A model generated the notes under the pieces. It was not told the DNA's origin and did no database searches. It saw only the letters and a program-made list of their open reading frames with translations. Source: an uncultured Acidobacteriota bacterium (GTDB taxonomy: Bacteria; Acidobacteriota; JAQAZP01). Taken from it: a stretch of DNA of 64,000 bases. A program made the position numbers and the translations under genes. Shown piece by piece: positions 37,501-46,068 of this stretch. Position 1 is the stretch's first letter. Every line of letters begins with the position of its first letter. The stretch is taken from NCBI GenBank assembly GCA_963836075.1, contig CAWIIB010000009.1:3200001-3264000 (forward strand), given 5' to 3'.

Positions 37501-38290
37501 CGACGGCAGCCAGCTGATCGTCTCCTGGATCGACGTGGCGCACTACAGCTCCGGCGGTCCCTACACCTGCCAGGTGATCCTGAACAGCGACGGCAGCATG
37601 GTCTTCCAGTACGACACCATGGCCGCTCCGCTGGACAGCGCGACGATCGGTATCCAGAACGGCGACGGCACCGATGGCCTGCAGGTGGCTTACAACCAGG
37701 CGTACATGCACGACAGCCTGGCCATCGAGTTCGGCACCGGATGGCTGAGCACCGACCCAACCGGCGGGCAGGTGCCCGCGCTCGGTTCCTTGCCGGTGAG
37801 CGTCATCGGTGATGCGGCAGACCTGGACGCCGGCGACTACACCGGTTCGTTGACCATCAACAGCAACGACCCGGTGACACCGACGGTGGTCATTCCGGTG
37901 ACTCTCCACGTCGGTGCCACGGTGGGCACGGTGGGTGCGAGCCTCGACTGCCTGCCCTCCTCGGGCGTGTTGCCCTTCGTCGCACAGTTCACTGCGGGGA
38001 TGACCAACCTGACCAGCGAAAACCGGCGTGCCGCGGGAAACATCGAGGTGGTTATCGCCAGTGGCAGGGCGTACAAGAACTGGCGTGCCGGTTGGACCAA
38101 CCTCTCGCCGAGTGAGGATTTTGTCCTCAGCTGGAACCAGACGTTCCCGGCGCTGAGCACCCTGGTGGGTGACAACGTCTTCAGCATGCTGGTGGCCGAC
38201 GTCACGCCGGCTCCGTATAACCAGCCGCCCTATGCGCCGGACGGCGACACGGCCACGGCGGGTTGCACGGTGTCGGGTCTGGCGCCGTAA
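34547..38290 (+). CDS. Secreted S8 serine peptidase (bacillopeptidase F-like) with carboxypeptidase-regulatory-like, beta-sandwich and unassigned C-terminal domains
   Basis: Signal peptide, catalytic motifs DTG, HGTHTMG and GTSMASPHV, and FSAGNEG. GGAGG RBS before ATG 34547. Confidence 0.92.
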   Translation: MRRVFALLLVAVVFCALAGTATAGVLHDGLAKDLANRPDTEFYKVIVRLADRADVVSLNAQLKREGATLALRHQYVVEALQTVAQDSQPRLTDYLQKQVLSGEVRDFRTFWIENLVGVEATVGEIKKIAQRPEVELVYIDYIIETIAPVENPKVGPTEPRKEGQAVRAIEPGIAAIKAPEAWALGYTGLGRVIANMDTGVDGNHEALASRWRGLTEPAAECWFDPVTSTTFPFDSGSHGTHTMGTIAGYTAANEIGVAKDAQWISAGVIDRVDIPTTMTDAVAAFQWFADPDGNPGTVDDVADAVGNSWGISPIYHGSYITGPCDVTFWTAIDNCEAAGCAVIFSAGNEGPTVASLRTPGDRADSPYNAFSVGSVDATNYSFPYPISSFSSLGPGCNDEIKPEVVAPGTDVRSSVPGNSYSSFSGTSMASPHVTGSVAVLRQVDPNLDVDTIKDILLTTAVDLGPVGEENTFGMGIIDLEQAVIYASQGFGTVQGNVSDSGSSAPIPARVEELSSGRIVYANEVTGDYSMSAAGDQSYTFEATYFGYLPQQQMAYVPVDGTVTVDFSLDPAPAGILQGTVTDLEGTPIDGAVISVLGTPLAPETTNASGFYQFTTIPGGSTYSIHVAAIGYGEDMASVFVPVGDTVVQDFSLTPAEAFEISDGNFIGSGEWEWGEATAGPSAAHSGLKLWGTDLDSTYDNSAVYTLDSREYSFNDPSAALGFYHWRSIETGYDGGNVKISTDGGGSWTLLLPDGGYPDDSITGLGEPGFTGSGEWELVTFDCSAYLGQTAIFRWTFGTDSSVAYDGWYIDDVIVWGASSELLLPDMVLSASEIHLYADPGGTASETLTFTNNGDGYLNFSIAALVDSGAASGSGGPDTYGYSWRDSDEAGGPAYGWIDITGIGTQILGLGDDTNVGPYDIGFTFNYYGAAYTQFNFCTNGWISFTSTLSSYSNTGIPSTSAPLNMLALFWDDLNFNDGGTAYYYSDGSQLIVSWIDVAHYSSGGPYTCQVILNSDGSMVFQYDTMAAPLDSATIGIQNGDGTDGLQVAYNQAYMHDSLAIEFGTGWLSTDPTGGQVPALGSLPVSVIGDAADLDAGDYTGSLTINSNDPVTPTVVIPVTLHVGATVGTVGASLDCLPSSGVLPFVAQFTAGMTNLTSENRRAAGNIEVVIASGRAYKNWRAGWTNLSPSEDFVLSWNQTFPALSTLVGDNVFSMLVADVTPAPYNQPPYAPDGDTATAGCTVSGLAP

Positions 38291-38309
38291 GCCATTCAAC
38301 CATAAACAG

Positions 38310-38343
38310 ATAGGGCGAGGCCACGGGGCCTCGCCCTATTTTT
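38310..38343 (+). terminator. Rho-independent terminator after the S8 peptidase
   Basis: ATAGGGCGAGGCC-ACGG-GGCCTCGCCCTAT followed by TTTT. Confidence 0.8.
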
Positions 38344-38498
38344 GTCCACCGGGTACAAAATAAACCCCCTAGTGGGGTAGGGGGCAGTTTCGCGGGTGTA
38401 TTTAAAACGTTGGGTCGGATCCGACCTCGCTGTTTGCTTACTTTATGTTACGGACTCTCTAGACGTCCTGGTATCCGTCGGCCTGAACTTTCGGTTGC

Positions 38499-38816
38499 TT
38501 ACTTCTTCTTGGTAGCTTTCTTCTTGGTGGCCTTCTTCTTGGTGGCCTTCTTCTTGGTGGCCTTCTTCTTGGTGGCCTTCTTCTTGGTGGCCTTCTTCTT
38601 GGTGGCCTTCTTCTTGGTGGCCTTCTTCTTGGTGGCCTTCTTCTTGGTGGCTTTCTTCTTGGTGGCCTTCTTCTTGGTGGCCTTCTTCTTGGTGGCCTTC
38701 TTCTTGGTGGCCTTCTTCTTGGTAGCCTTCTTCTTGGTGGCCTTCTTCACAACCTTCTTTTTGGTGGCCTTCTTCTTGGTAGCCTTCTTCTTGGTGGCCT
38801 TCTTCTTTGTGGCCAT
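38499..38816 (-). CDS. Histone H1-like basic protein made of ATKKK repeats
   Basis: M-(ATKKK)4-VVKK-(ATKKK)16. AAGGAGG RBS. Nucleotide variation between units is almost all synonymous (GCC/GCT, AAG/AAA). Confidence 0.85.
   Translation of the reverse strand: MATKKKATKKKATKKKATKKKVVKKATKKKATKKKATKKKATKKKATKKKATKKKATKKKATKKKATKKKATKKKATKKKATKKKATKKKATKKKATKKKATKKK
38502..38813. repeat. 15-bp tandem repeat (CTTCTTCTTGGTGGC) x ~20, coding
   Basis: Directly visible and encodes ATKKK on the minus strand. Confidence 0.95.
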
Positions 38817-38895
38817 GCTTACCCTCCTTGGATGTTAAAGAGCCCGCGAACTATTCCTGTTTCAATTACACTAATTAAAAATCATTGTCAACCGC

Positions 38896-39580
38896 AAAAC
38901 CAAGTGCTGGCCTGCGTTTCAGCGGAATGCAAAAGCGTCACCATCAAAGGCGCCGGAAACACGAACGCTTGAAACCCGCGCCAGTAAAAGGTTTCAGGCG
39001 AGCGTTGTGTGCGGCGTGCTGCGCTTGCCTGACGTCGGCGGAAAAAATAAATTAAACGGGGTGTCTAATATTTGCAACGACGAAGGTCGTTCCACTCATC
39101 GAACGACGTATGCAAATCGCTGCGCTCACCGTTCATCGACGGCTCCGTGCGCTTCGTGCGAAGATGATGCCCGGTGCAGGTCGAAGTGGTGTGCCGCACG
39201 CTATCCCGTCGGTGCGTGATGTGAGTGATCGCTGCAAACCCTCGTCAGTAGCAGGATTGCGGCGGGAGGTGCGGTTCTCGGCCAGGCGTCTTTGCCGGTC
39301 GGCAAGAACGGCTTTGTGTCGCTGGCGGTCTTGAACCGTGCGAAGTCGTGAAATGAAACTGCCTGCACAGCGTCACACCGTGCAAGCAAAACAGATCCCG
39401 GAAAAAGTGCAAACAAAAAATGGGTAGGCTTGTGCGCGGGTTGTGCCGCGCTACCATCGCAGCGTTGTCACTGCGGGACTGGCCGCTGCAATCTGATGGT
39501 GAAGTTGAACTGGTGGAGCGGGCCATAGAGGAGAGAAGCGCTGTTGCAGGTGCCGCAAACCCACGTCAGACGAGGGGTTG
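38896..39580. repeat. Four dispersed copies of a 25-bp imperfect palindrome in the intergenic region
   Basis: Copies at 38896-38920 (minus), 38971-38995, 39235-39259 and 39556-39580. Consensus SAAACSCNSGYCAG-N5-GGNTTN. Confidence 0.6.
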
Positions 39581-39618
39581 CGGGCAGTGGGCTTATGCCC
39601 TGTCGTTGCGCACGCCTG

Positions 39619-40422
39619 CTATTTGACCGCGGAGATGTAGCTGATCCAGCAGATGTCGGCGGTGCCCCGTTTCGTTTTGCGGTAGACGTCGTTGCCCTCG
39701 CCGTCCTCGTCGGTGCCTTCCCAATAGACATCGACTTTCCTGAACCCGGCATCGACCAGCGACTCCCGCAGTTCGGGGATGGTCCACAATCGCCAGTCGT
39801 AAGTGTACGCTTTCCGCAGTTCGCTGCCGTCGCGAAAACGGAAGTGGATGTGGCAGAGGATCTCGGCGTTGATCGGGTTGTAGCGCTCCTGGTCCCAGAC
39901 GTAGGTGAACCCGTCCTCCTTGCGTTCTTCCTCCAGTTCCTGGATCGCTTCCGGTCCGCCGTAAAGATCGAGGATGAAACAGCCCTCGTCCTTGAGGCCG
40001 CGGTGGACCATGCGAAAGTAGTCGGTGAGCAGGCGGCGGTCCTTGAACACGCAGTAGGAGAAGTTGAATGCCGCGGCGACGTCCACACACGGCGGCCTGA
40101 CCTTCAGCACGTCACCTTCGATCAGTCTCACCCGGCCGGGGTCCGGGAGTGCCGCGAGATTGTTCCGCCGGCCCCAGTCCAGCGTCCGGCGGTCCATGTC
40201 GATTCCCACGGCCGTGTTGCGGTGGCTGAGGCCTGCCCAGCGGCAGGAGAGCAGGGCCGTGCCGCAGAAATCCTCGCGCAATGAAGAGGGCAGGCGCCCG
40301 AAGTTGGAGCGATAGACGCGGCGGAGAAACTCGACGCCGCTGTCAACATCCTGGACCGACTCCTGGTAAAGGATGAACGGGTCGGCGGTTCTGGCGGTCA
40401 GGGTTTTCCTTTTCTTCGTCAT
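39619..40422 (-). CDS. Class I SAM-dependent methyltransferase
   Basis: LREDFCGTA motif-I variant, GIDMD, EGDV and FILDLYGG. Confidence 0.85.
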   Translation of the reverse strand: MTKKRKTLTARTADPFILYQESVQDVDSGVEFLRRVYRSNFGRLPSSLREDFCGTALLSCRWAGLSHRNTAVGIDMDRRTLDWGRRNNLAALPDPGRVRLIEGDVLKVRPPCVDVAAAFNFSYCVFKDRRLLTDYFRMVHRGLKDEGCFILDLYGGPEAIQELEEERKEDGFTYVWDQERYNPINAEILCHIHFRFRDGSELRKAYTYDWRLWTIPELRESLVDAGFRKVDVYWEGTDEDGEGNDVYRKTKRGTADICWISYISAVK

Positions 40423-40471
40423 GCGGCTGGTGGTCCTCGTGGTTTCGTCGGTCGATTGTCAGATGCTGCTG

Positions 40472-42303
40472 TCAGCGTAGCACCGTTTCGGTGGCCACGG
40501 CGGGGCGGGCAAGCGCCCGGGTGATCGGGTAGTCTCCCACCCCGGGGGTGGGGTAGGGTGAATGTTCCCAGAAGAAGTTCAGCCGGGCACCGAGGTCCTC
40601 GAGGAATTCCGGGTCCTCCGCGGCCCGCCGGCGAAAGGCTTCGGCCACTTCAGGGTCGTCCATCATCTCCCGCGCCCGGTTGGCCAGCACCCAGCTCTCC
40701 CGAACCTTGCCATCGGTGGTGATGCCGTTCATCCGGTTCCAGGCCAGCAGGCCGTCACTGCTCTGTGGTTCGAGGAGCAGAGCGATGATCTCGCTGCACG
40801 GCTGGGCCAGCGGAATGATGTAGGTGCCGGCGGAATATTCAACCTGCGCGCGGCGCACCGGGCTCAACGACGGGGTGGCCCGCAGGTGTCCCTGGTACGG
40901 GTGTCGGGTTAAAGGTCAGCTCGTCGATGTGGTAGATCTCCACCTGCGCTTCGAACGGCTCCAGCGCTCGCATCACCTGCGCGCCGTGCAGCAGCAGGTG
41001 GTCCACCACCTGCCGGCGATACTCTGCGGGAACGATGTACGCCGCGGGGCGAATGACCGAGCTGGTGACCTCCATCCGGTCGCTGAGCGGCACGGTGTAG
41101 TCCCGGGGCGTGCCGCTGTAGCTGATGCACTGCAGGCCGGTGCGCGGGTCGGTTTCCACTTCCAGTTCATAGGTCTCGAGGGTGATCTCCTTCTGCGACG
41201 GCCGCGATTCCATGGCCAGGGCCACCAGGTCGGCGGGATCCATGGTGGCGCCGCGCCGGGTAAGTTGCGCTTCGGCCTGTTCCACCGCCTGCACCACCTC
41301 CGATCCGCGGTCCGCCACGTCCTGCAGCACGTTGCGCAGGTAGTGGTAGGCGGCGTTGACCCGGGTACGGAAGTCCTTGTGGGCGTGGGCCTCGGCCAGC
41401 AGCGCCAGCCGGCCGCGAGTGGCGACATACGATGTGCAGAGGCGGGGGAAGGGCGGCCAGATGGTGTAGCCTTTTTCCGGGTTCAGCTTGTCCACCGAAC
41501 CGTAGACCTGGATCGGGTAGCCGGCGTCGCGCATCAACGGTGTGATCCGCTGGATGATCCCGGCCACACTCTGTTCCAGCGAGGCGGGCATCAGCGGGTG
41601 GCGGTCATAGAGATAGGTCAGCGCGTAGCGGTGGTCCCACCCGTCGGTGGTGTGCATGTCGATGGTCAGGTGGGGCAACCAGCGGTTGAAGAGGTTGCCC
41701 ACCCAGGCCTGGGCTTCCGGCGTGTCGAGTTTCATGAAGTCCCGGTTGAGGTCGAAGCCCAGCGCGGTGGCCCGGTGGCCCATGCCGCCCGCGGGGCCGT
41801 TCTGGTTCAGCCGGTTCCAGACGCTGGTCCGTTCGATGACCGTCAGCGTTGAAAATCGGAACGACCAGCAGGGTGATCCGGTCCAGCAGCCCTTCGAGAC
41901 CGCCCTGCGCCAGGTCGCGCATCAGCATCAGCGACGCTTCCTTGCCGCAGATCTCGCCGGAGTGAATGGCGTTGGAGACCAGCACCACCGGCTTGTTTCC
42001 GCTGTGGGCCAGTGCGGGCGTGAACCGTCCGTCGCTGCTCAGGATCACGACGTAGAGCGCGCGGCCCTGGGCGGTCTCGCCGAACTGCTCCATTCTGATC
42101 AGCGGTGAGCGGCGCTGCAGCTGACGAATGAACTCGAAGGTCTGTTCATACGAGCCGGTTTCACGGAACATGGTTTCTTCGGCGTGCGTCCGGAGCGGCG
42201 GCTCGTCAGCGGTCAATGCCCCGGCAACGGTCAGCAGGAGAACCAGGACCAGAGCATGAGGCCGGGCACGGCCCATTACCGTTGTCGCCGATGGCTGGTG
42301 CAT
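40472..42303 (-). pseudogene. M14 zinc carboxypeptidase, split by two +1 frameshifts as sequenced (possibly sequencing errors)
   Basis: IHSGEICGKEA and PIFNADGH in frame 1, DLNRDF and DMHTTDG in frame 2 after ~41835, and LLEPQSSDGL in frame 3 after ~40900. Confidence 0.8.
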
Positions 42304-42328
42304 GTGGGTATCCTTACTGGTTATGGCG

Positions 42329-43525
42329 TTACATCATGGCGGAAGTGATAATGCCAACAAGTTCCTCTTCCGTCAACGGCACCGGGTTGGCTTTCATGCT
42401 GCTGGCCTGGCGGGCCGCGGCGGCCAGCGGGACCAGGTCGCCGGTCCCCAGGCCGAACGTCGGTGAGCCGCGGGATCTCCATCCGGCTGCAGACATCTCT
42501 GATCCAGGCGGCGGTCGCCAGCCACCGTCTCCTGTACGGTCGCCCGGCGTGCGGCCCAGCAGGCAGGAGCAGGCATCGGCCCAGACGCTCGACGGACGGG
42601 CTCGCCGGGTCGCGTTCTGCCAGGGCGCGGAGATTGGTCTCCAGGGTCGGCGGCAGCAGCCGGGCGCAGGCCACTCCGTGGGGCACCGGGATCCGGCCGC
42701 CCAGAGGCCCGGCGATGCCGTGGGCCGCGCCCAGGCCGGCGTGGGCCAGGGTGATCCCGCTGAGCAGTGCGGCCCGGGCCATCTCTTCCCGTGCCTCGAG
42801 GTCGTCCCCGGCGGAACAGGCGCGGTCGCAGCCAATGGCCCACCAGTTCGATGCCCTCCAGGGCCAGGGCAATGGTCAGCCGGCCGGCCCGCCGCGAGAT
42901 GCAGGACTCCATCAGCTGGGTCAACGCGTCGAGGCCGGTGCTGGCGGTGACGCAGGGGGAGAGGCCCACGGCCAGCCGGGGGTCCACCAGCACCGCCCGG
43001 GGCAGCAGGTGGACGCTGCGCATGCTGGCCTTGATCTTTCGCTCGGGGCAGGCCAGCACCGCGTTGCGGGTCACCTCCGAGCCGGTGCCGGCTGTGGTGG
43101 GCAGTGCGATCATCGGCACGGCCGGGCGGGCCAGCGGCTCTCCGTCGCCCACCAGTTCCATGTAGCGACGGGCCGCGCCTCCGTTGCCCAGCAATCCGGC
43201 CACCGCCTTGGCCGCGTCGAGAACGCTGCCCCCGCCGGCGCCAACCACAAGGTCACAGCCGGCGGCCCGGGCCTCCGTGGTCAGCCGGTCCACGGTGTCG
43301 ATATCCGGTTCGCCGTCCAGCCGCCGGACCTCGACCTCCACGCCGCTGGCGGCCAGGCTGACCTCCAGCCGCCCCAGCGCGCCGTTGTCGGCCAGTGCCC
43401 GCCGGCCGCTGAGCAGCAGGGCCCTGTTGCCGAAGCCGGCAGCGAGTTTCACCCAGCCGGTCCGCCGATCCGGAACCGATGATGATCAGTCCCGGAATGG
43501 TAAACTCGAACGGAGGGCGGATCAT
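42329..43525 (-). pseudogene. Iron-containing alcohol dehydrogenase with at least three +1 frameshifts as sequenced (possibly sequencing errors)
   Basis: GGGSVLDAAKA, PTTAGTGSEVT, DALTQLME, GLGAAHG, PHG and SSMKANP are spread over different frames. Shifts near 43448, 42824 and 42459. Confidence 0.8.
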
Positions 43526-43830
43526 CACCACTCACCATCTCCGGGGAAAATGCTGAAATGTTTCACCCCCTGGCGGGGGGCGGCCATCATGTTGACCACC
43601 GTCTCGCGCCAGCGGAGGTAGTGTTCCGTCTGCTGGTGGGCGGCAAAATCTTCCTTCTGGCGGTACACTTCATAGAGGAAGAAGCGGTTGGTGTCCTCTT
43701 CCGAGCGCAGAATGTCGAAACGGAGATTTCCCGGTTCGTCGCGGGTGTTCCCGGCGTTGTCCAGGGTGGCTGCGGTGAACTGGTCGGTCATCCCGGACTT
43801 CACCTGAACGGTGACACAGACCACATACAT
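43525..43830 (-). CDS. LsrG-like / antibiotic-biosynthesis-monooxygenase family protein
   Basis: EPGNLRFDIL...FFLYEVY...AHQQTEHYLRWRETV. Confidence 0.85.
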   Translation of the reverse strand: MYVVCVTVQVKSGMTDQFTAATLDNAGNTRDEPGNLRFDILRSEEDTNRFFLYEVYRQKEDFAAHQQTEHYLRWRETVVNMMAAPRQGVKHFSIFPGDGEW

Positions 43831-43983
43831 CGTCTATCCTCCTTAATCCTTGTTGGTCGGGCAGGTCATACGTTTATATATGACCGGCGGTGGGGGATCA
43901 ACCGCGGACCCGCCGACCGGGCCGGCGGTTTGGCGGCGGCACCGACCGTGGTATCATGGCCGGACTCGTTCTCGGAGCCTCCA

Positions 43984-45741
43984 ATGAAGATCCCAAAACT
44001 CCAGCCGGCGCTGGTCTGCGGTACCTTTTTCTTTATGGTCGGATCGGCGGCTTTTTTTCGCCTGACCAACTATGACATCTGGTGGCACCTGGCCACGGGC
44101 CGGCTGATCGCCGGCGGGGGAGGCATACCGCACAGCGACCCGTTCTCCTTCACCGCCCCGGGCGTGGAGTGGATTGACCACGAGTGGCTTTTTCAGCTGC
44201 TGATGTTCGGGATCCACTCGCTGGCCGGGCCCACGGGGCTGGTGCTGGCCAAGACGGTGCTGATCCTGGCCACGGCGGCGGTGGTCTTCCGTTTCGTCCG
44301 CCGCGAGACCGGTCTGCCGCCCGCCGCCGCCGCTCTGCTGCTGTTGCCCTTTGTCCTTGCCGGGCGGGACCGCTTCATCGTCCGCCCGGAGCTGTTCACC
44401 CTGCTCTTCTCCGCCCTGCTGCTGGACGCCCTCTTCCGCTCGCGCTCCCGGCGGGCCACCGTGGGGGATCTCTGGTGGATCCCCTTCCTCTTTGTCGCCT
44501 GGGCCAACATCCATGGCGGAATGATCGTCGGGCTGGTGCTGCTGAGCCTCTTTCTCCTCGGCCGTCTTATGCCCTGGATCTGGCGCGTGGGCGCGGCGGC
44601 GCCGCCGGAGCAGACGCGCAACCTGCCTTCCAGCGCCACGATACTGATCCTCCTCGCCGCCTCCACCGCCGCCGGGCTGGTCAACCCTTTTCTCCACCAG
44701 GTGTACACCGTGCCTTTCAAGCTGACCGCGTTGATCCAGGCCGGTGTTTTTCATAACCTGGAGTGGATCCGGCCCCCCTGGCCCGAGACCTGGCTCTACC
44801 ACCTGGCGCTGCTGGCCAGCCTGCTGATCATCGGCATGCGGCTGCGCAAACCGGACTGGGTCTCCATCTTTCCCTTGCTCTTCCTGATTGCCATTTCCTG
44901 GCAATACGTGCGCAATATCGCGCTCTTCGGCATGCTGGCCCCGCTGCTGCTGGTGCGGGTCTGGGGGGTGAGGCCGGCGGAGAGGGCCGACAGGGATTCG
45001 CTGACCATCTCGCATCTGCTGTTCGGACGGGGGCCGGTGCCGCTGGCGGCGGCGCTCCTCTTCTTCCTCCTCGGCCTCTTCCTGCTCACCGGGAACTACC
45101 GCTTCACCTCGGGCTGCGGCGTCGACCCGCTGCGCGTCCCGCAGCAGGCGGTGGATTTTGTTCAGCAGGAACAGCCGCCGGGGAATCTGTTCAACGCCTA
45201 CGTTTTCGGGGGGTATATCTCCTGGCGCCTCTACCCGGAGACGAAGATCTTCATCGACGGCCGCAACGAGGTCTTTGCCCAGCTGGGGCGGGAGGTGGGC
45301 CAGGCCAGGGAGGACAGTCGGAAGTGGACCGAGCTGCTGGAGCGCTATGCCATCGGCTATGCCCTGCTGGAATACAGCCCAGAGCTGGAACAGACCCTGA
45401 TCATGGATCCCGGGGGCGGCGCACCGCGGGAGGTCTACCGTCCCTCTTCCTACAACAAATTCCCGCGCAGCCGCTGGGCGCTGGTCTTCTGGGACGACAC
45501 AGCGATGGTCTTTGTCCGGCGCACCGCCGAGACCGGCCAGCTGATCGAGGCTCGCGAGTACCGCCACGTCTACCCTGAGAACGTCGCCTGCCAGCTGGAG
45601 TTGATCGCCGCCGGCATTGCCGACTCAGGACGGTGCCGGTTGGAGCTGCAACGGAAGCTGGCCGCCGACCCCGGCTGCCGGCGGGCCCGCGATCTGCTCG
45701 ACGCGCTGGGCCCCGCCCCGCCCGCGGCTGTTGCTCACTGA
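43984..45741 (+). CDS. Multi-pass membrane protein, GT-C-like
   Basis: DIWWHLATGR...DPFSFT...WIDHEWL, RPELFT, WANIHGG, NPF, EW and FIDGR motifs. Confidence 0.75.
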   Translation: MKIPKLQPALVCGTFFFMVGSAAFFRLTNYDIWWHLATGRLIAGGGGIPHSDPFSFTAPGVEWIDHEWLFQLLMFGIHSLAGPTGLVLAKTVLILATAAVVFRFVRRETGLPPAAAALLLLPFVLAGRDRFIVRPELFTLLFSALLLDALFRSRSRRATVGDLWWIPFLFVAWANIHGGMIVGLVLLSLFLLGRLMPWIWRVGAAAPPEQTRNLPSSATILILLAASTAAGLVNPFLHQVYTVPFKLTALIQAGVFHNLEWIRPPWPETWLYHLALLASLLIIGMRLRKPDWVSIFPLLFLIAISWQYVRNIALFGMLAPLLLVRVWGVRPAERADRDSLTISHLLFGRGPVPLAAALLFFLLGLFLLTGNYRFTSGCGVDPLRVPQQAVDFVQQEQPPGNLFNAYVFGGYISWRLYPETKIFIDGRNEVFAQLGREVGQAREDSRKWTELLERYAIGYALLEYSPELEQTLIMDPGGGAPREVYRPSSYNKFPRSRWALVFWDDTAMVFVRRTAETGQLIEAREYRHVYPENVACQLELIAAGIADSGRCRLELQRKLAADPGCRRARDLLDALGPAPPAAVAH

Positions 45742-45798
45742 TTTCCGCTGAGCTGACGATGACGGCCGGTTCAGCCCCGCGCCTGCAGGCGCTCGCCC

Positions 45799-46068
45799 TC
45801 ACTCCTCCCCATCCAGGAGTTGCCGGACCACCGGCGGGACAAAGATGCCGCCGAGATCTTCGCAGCGCAGCGCCTCCAGCAGCGCGGCGCACTTCTCCCC
45901 GGCGGGTGCCGCCCGGTCGAGGAGGATCAGCCGGCGACCGCGGAGCACGCAGGCCCCGCTGCGCACCGTCAGTTCCTGGTCCCGCGGGGTCAGCGGCGCG
46001 GTTCGGATCTCGAAGCCCAGGCGCCGGGCGAGATCCAGCAGCATCTGGAGCAGCGCCGCGTCATCCAT
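45799..46068 (-). CDS. Small hypothetical protein
   Basis: 89-aa ORF overlapping the DinG stop, with a GGAGG RBS; LARRLGFEIR...SGACVLRG...PPVVRQLL. Confidence 0.65.
   Translation of the reverse strand: MDDAALLQMLLDLARRLGFEIRTAPLTPRDQELTVRSGACVLRGRRLILLDRAAPAGEKCAALLEALRCEDLGGIFVPPVVRQLLDGEE

Noticed and set aside
38502-38813. Possible CRISPR array
   Set aside because: Contiguous 15-bp units with no unique spacers, and no cas genes in the window.
38410-38838. Plus-strand ORF of (FFLVA)n repeats
   Set aside because: It is the antisense shadow of the ATKKK gene. The RBS, ATG start and synonymous variation all favour the minus strand.
38817-39618. Replication origin
   Set aside because: No DnaA boxes (TTATCCACA) seen and no dnaA, dnaN or gidA neighbours.
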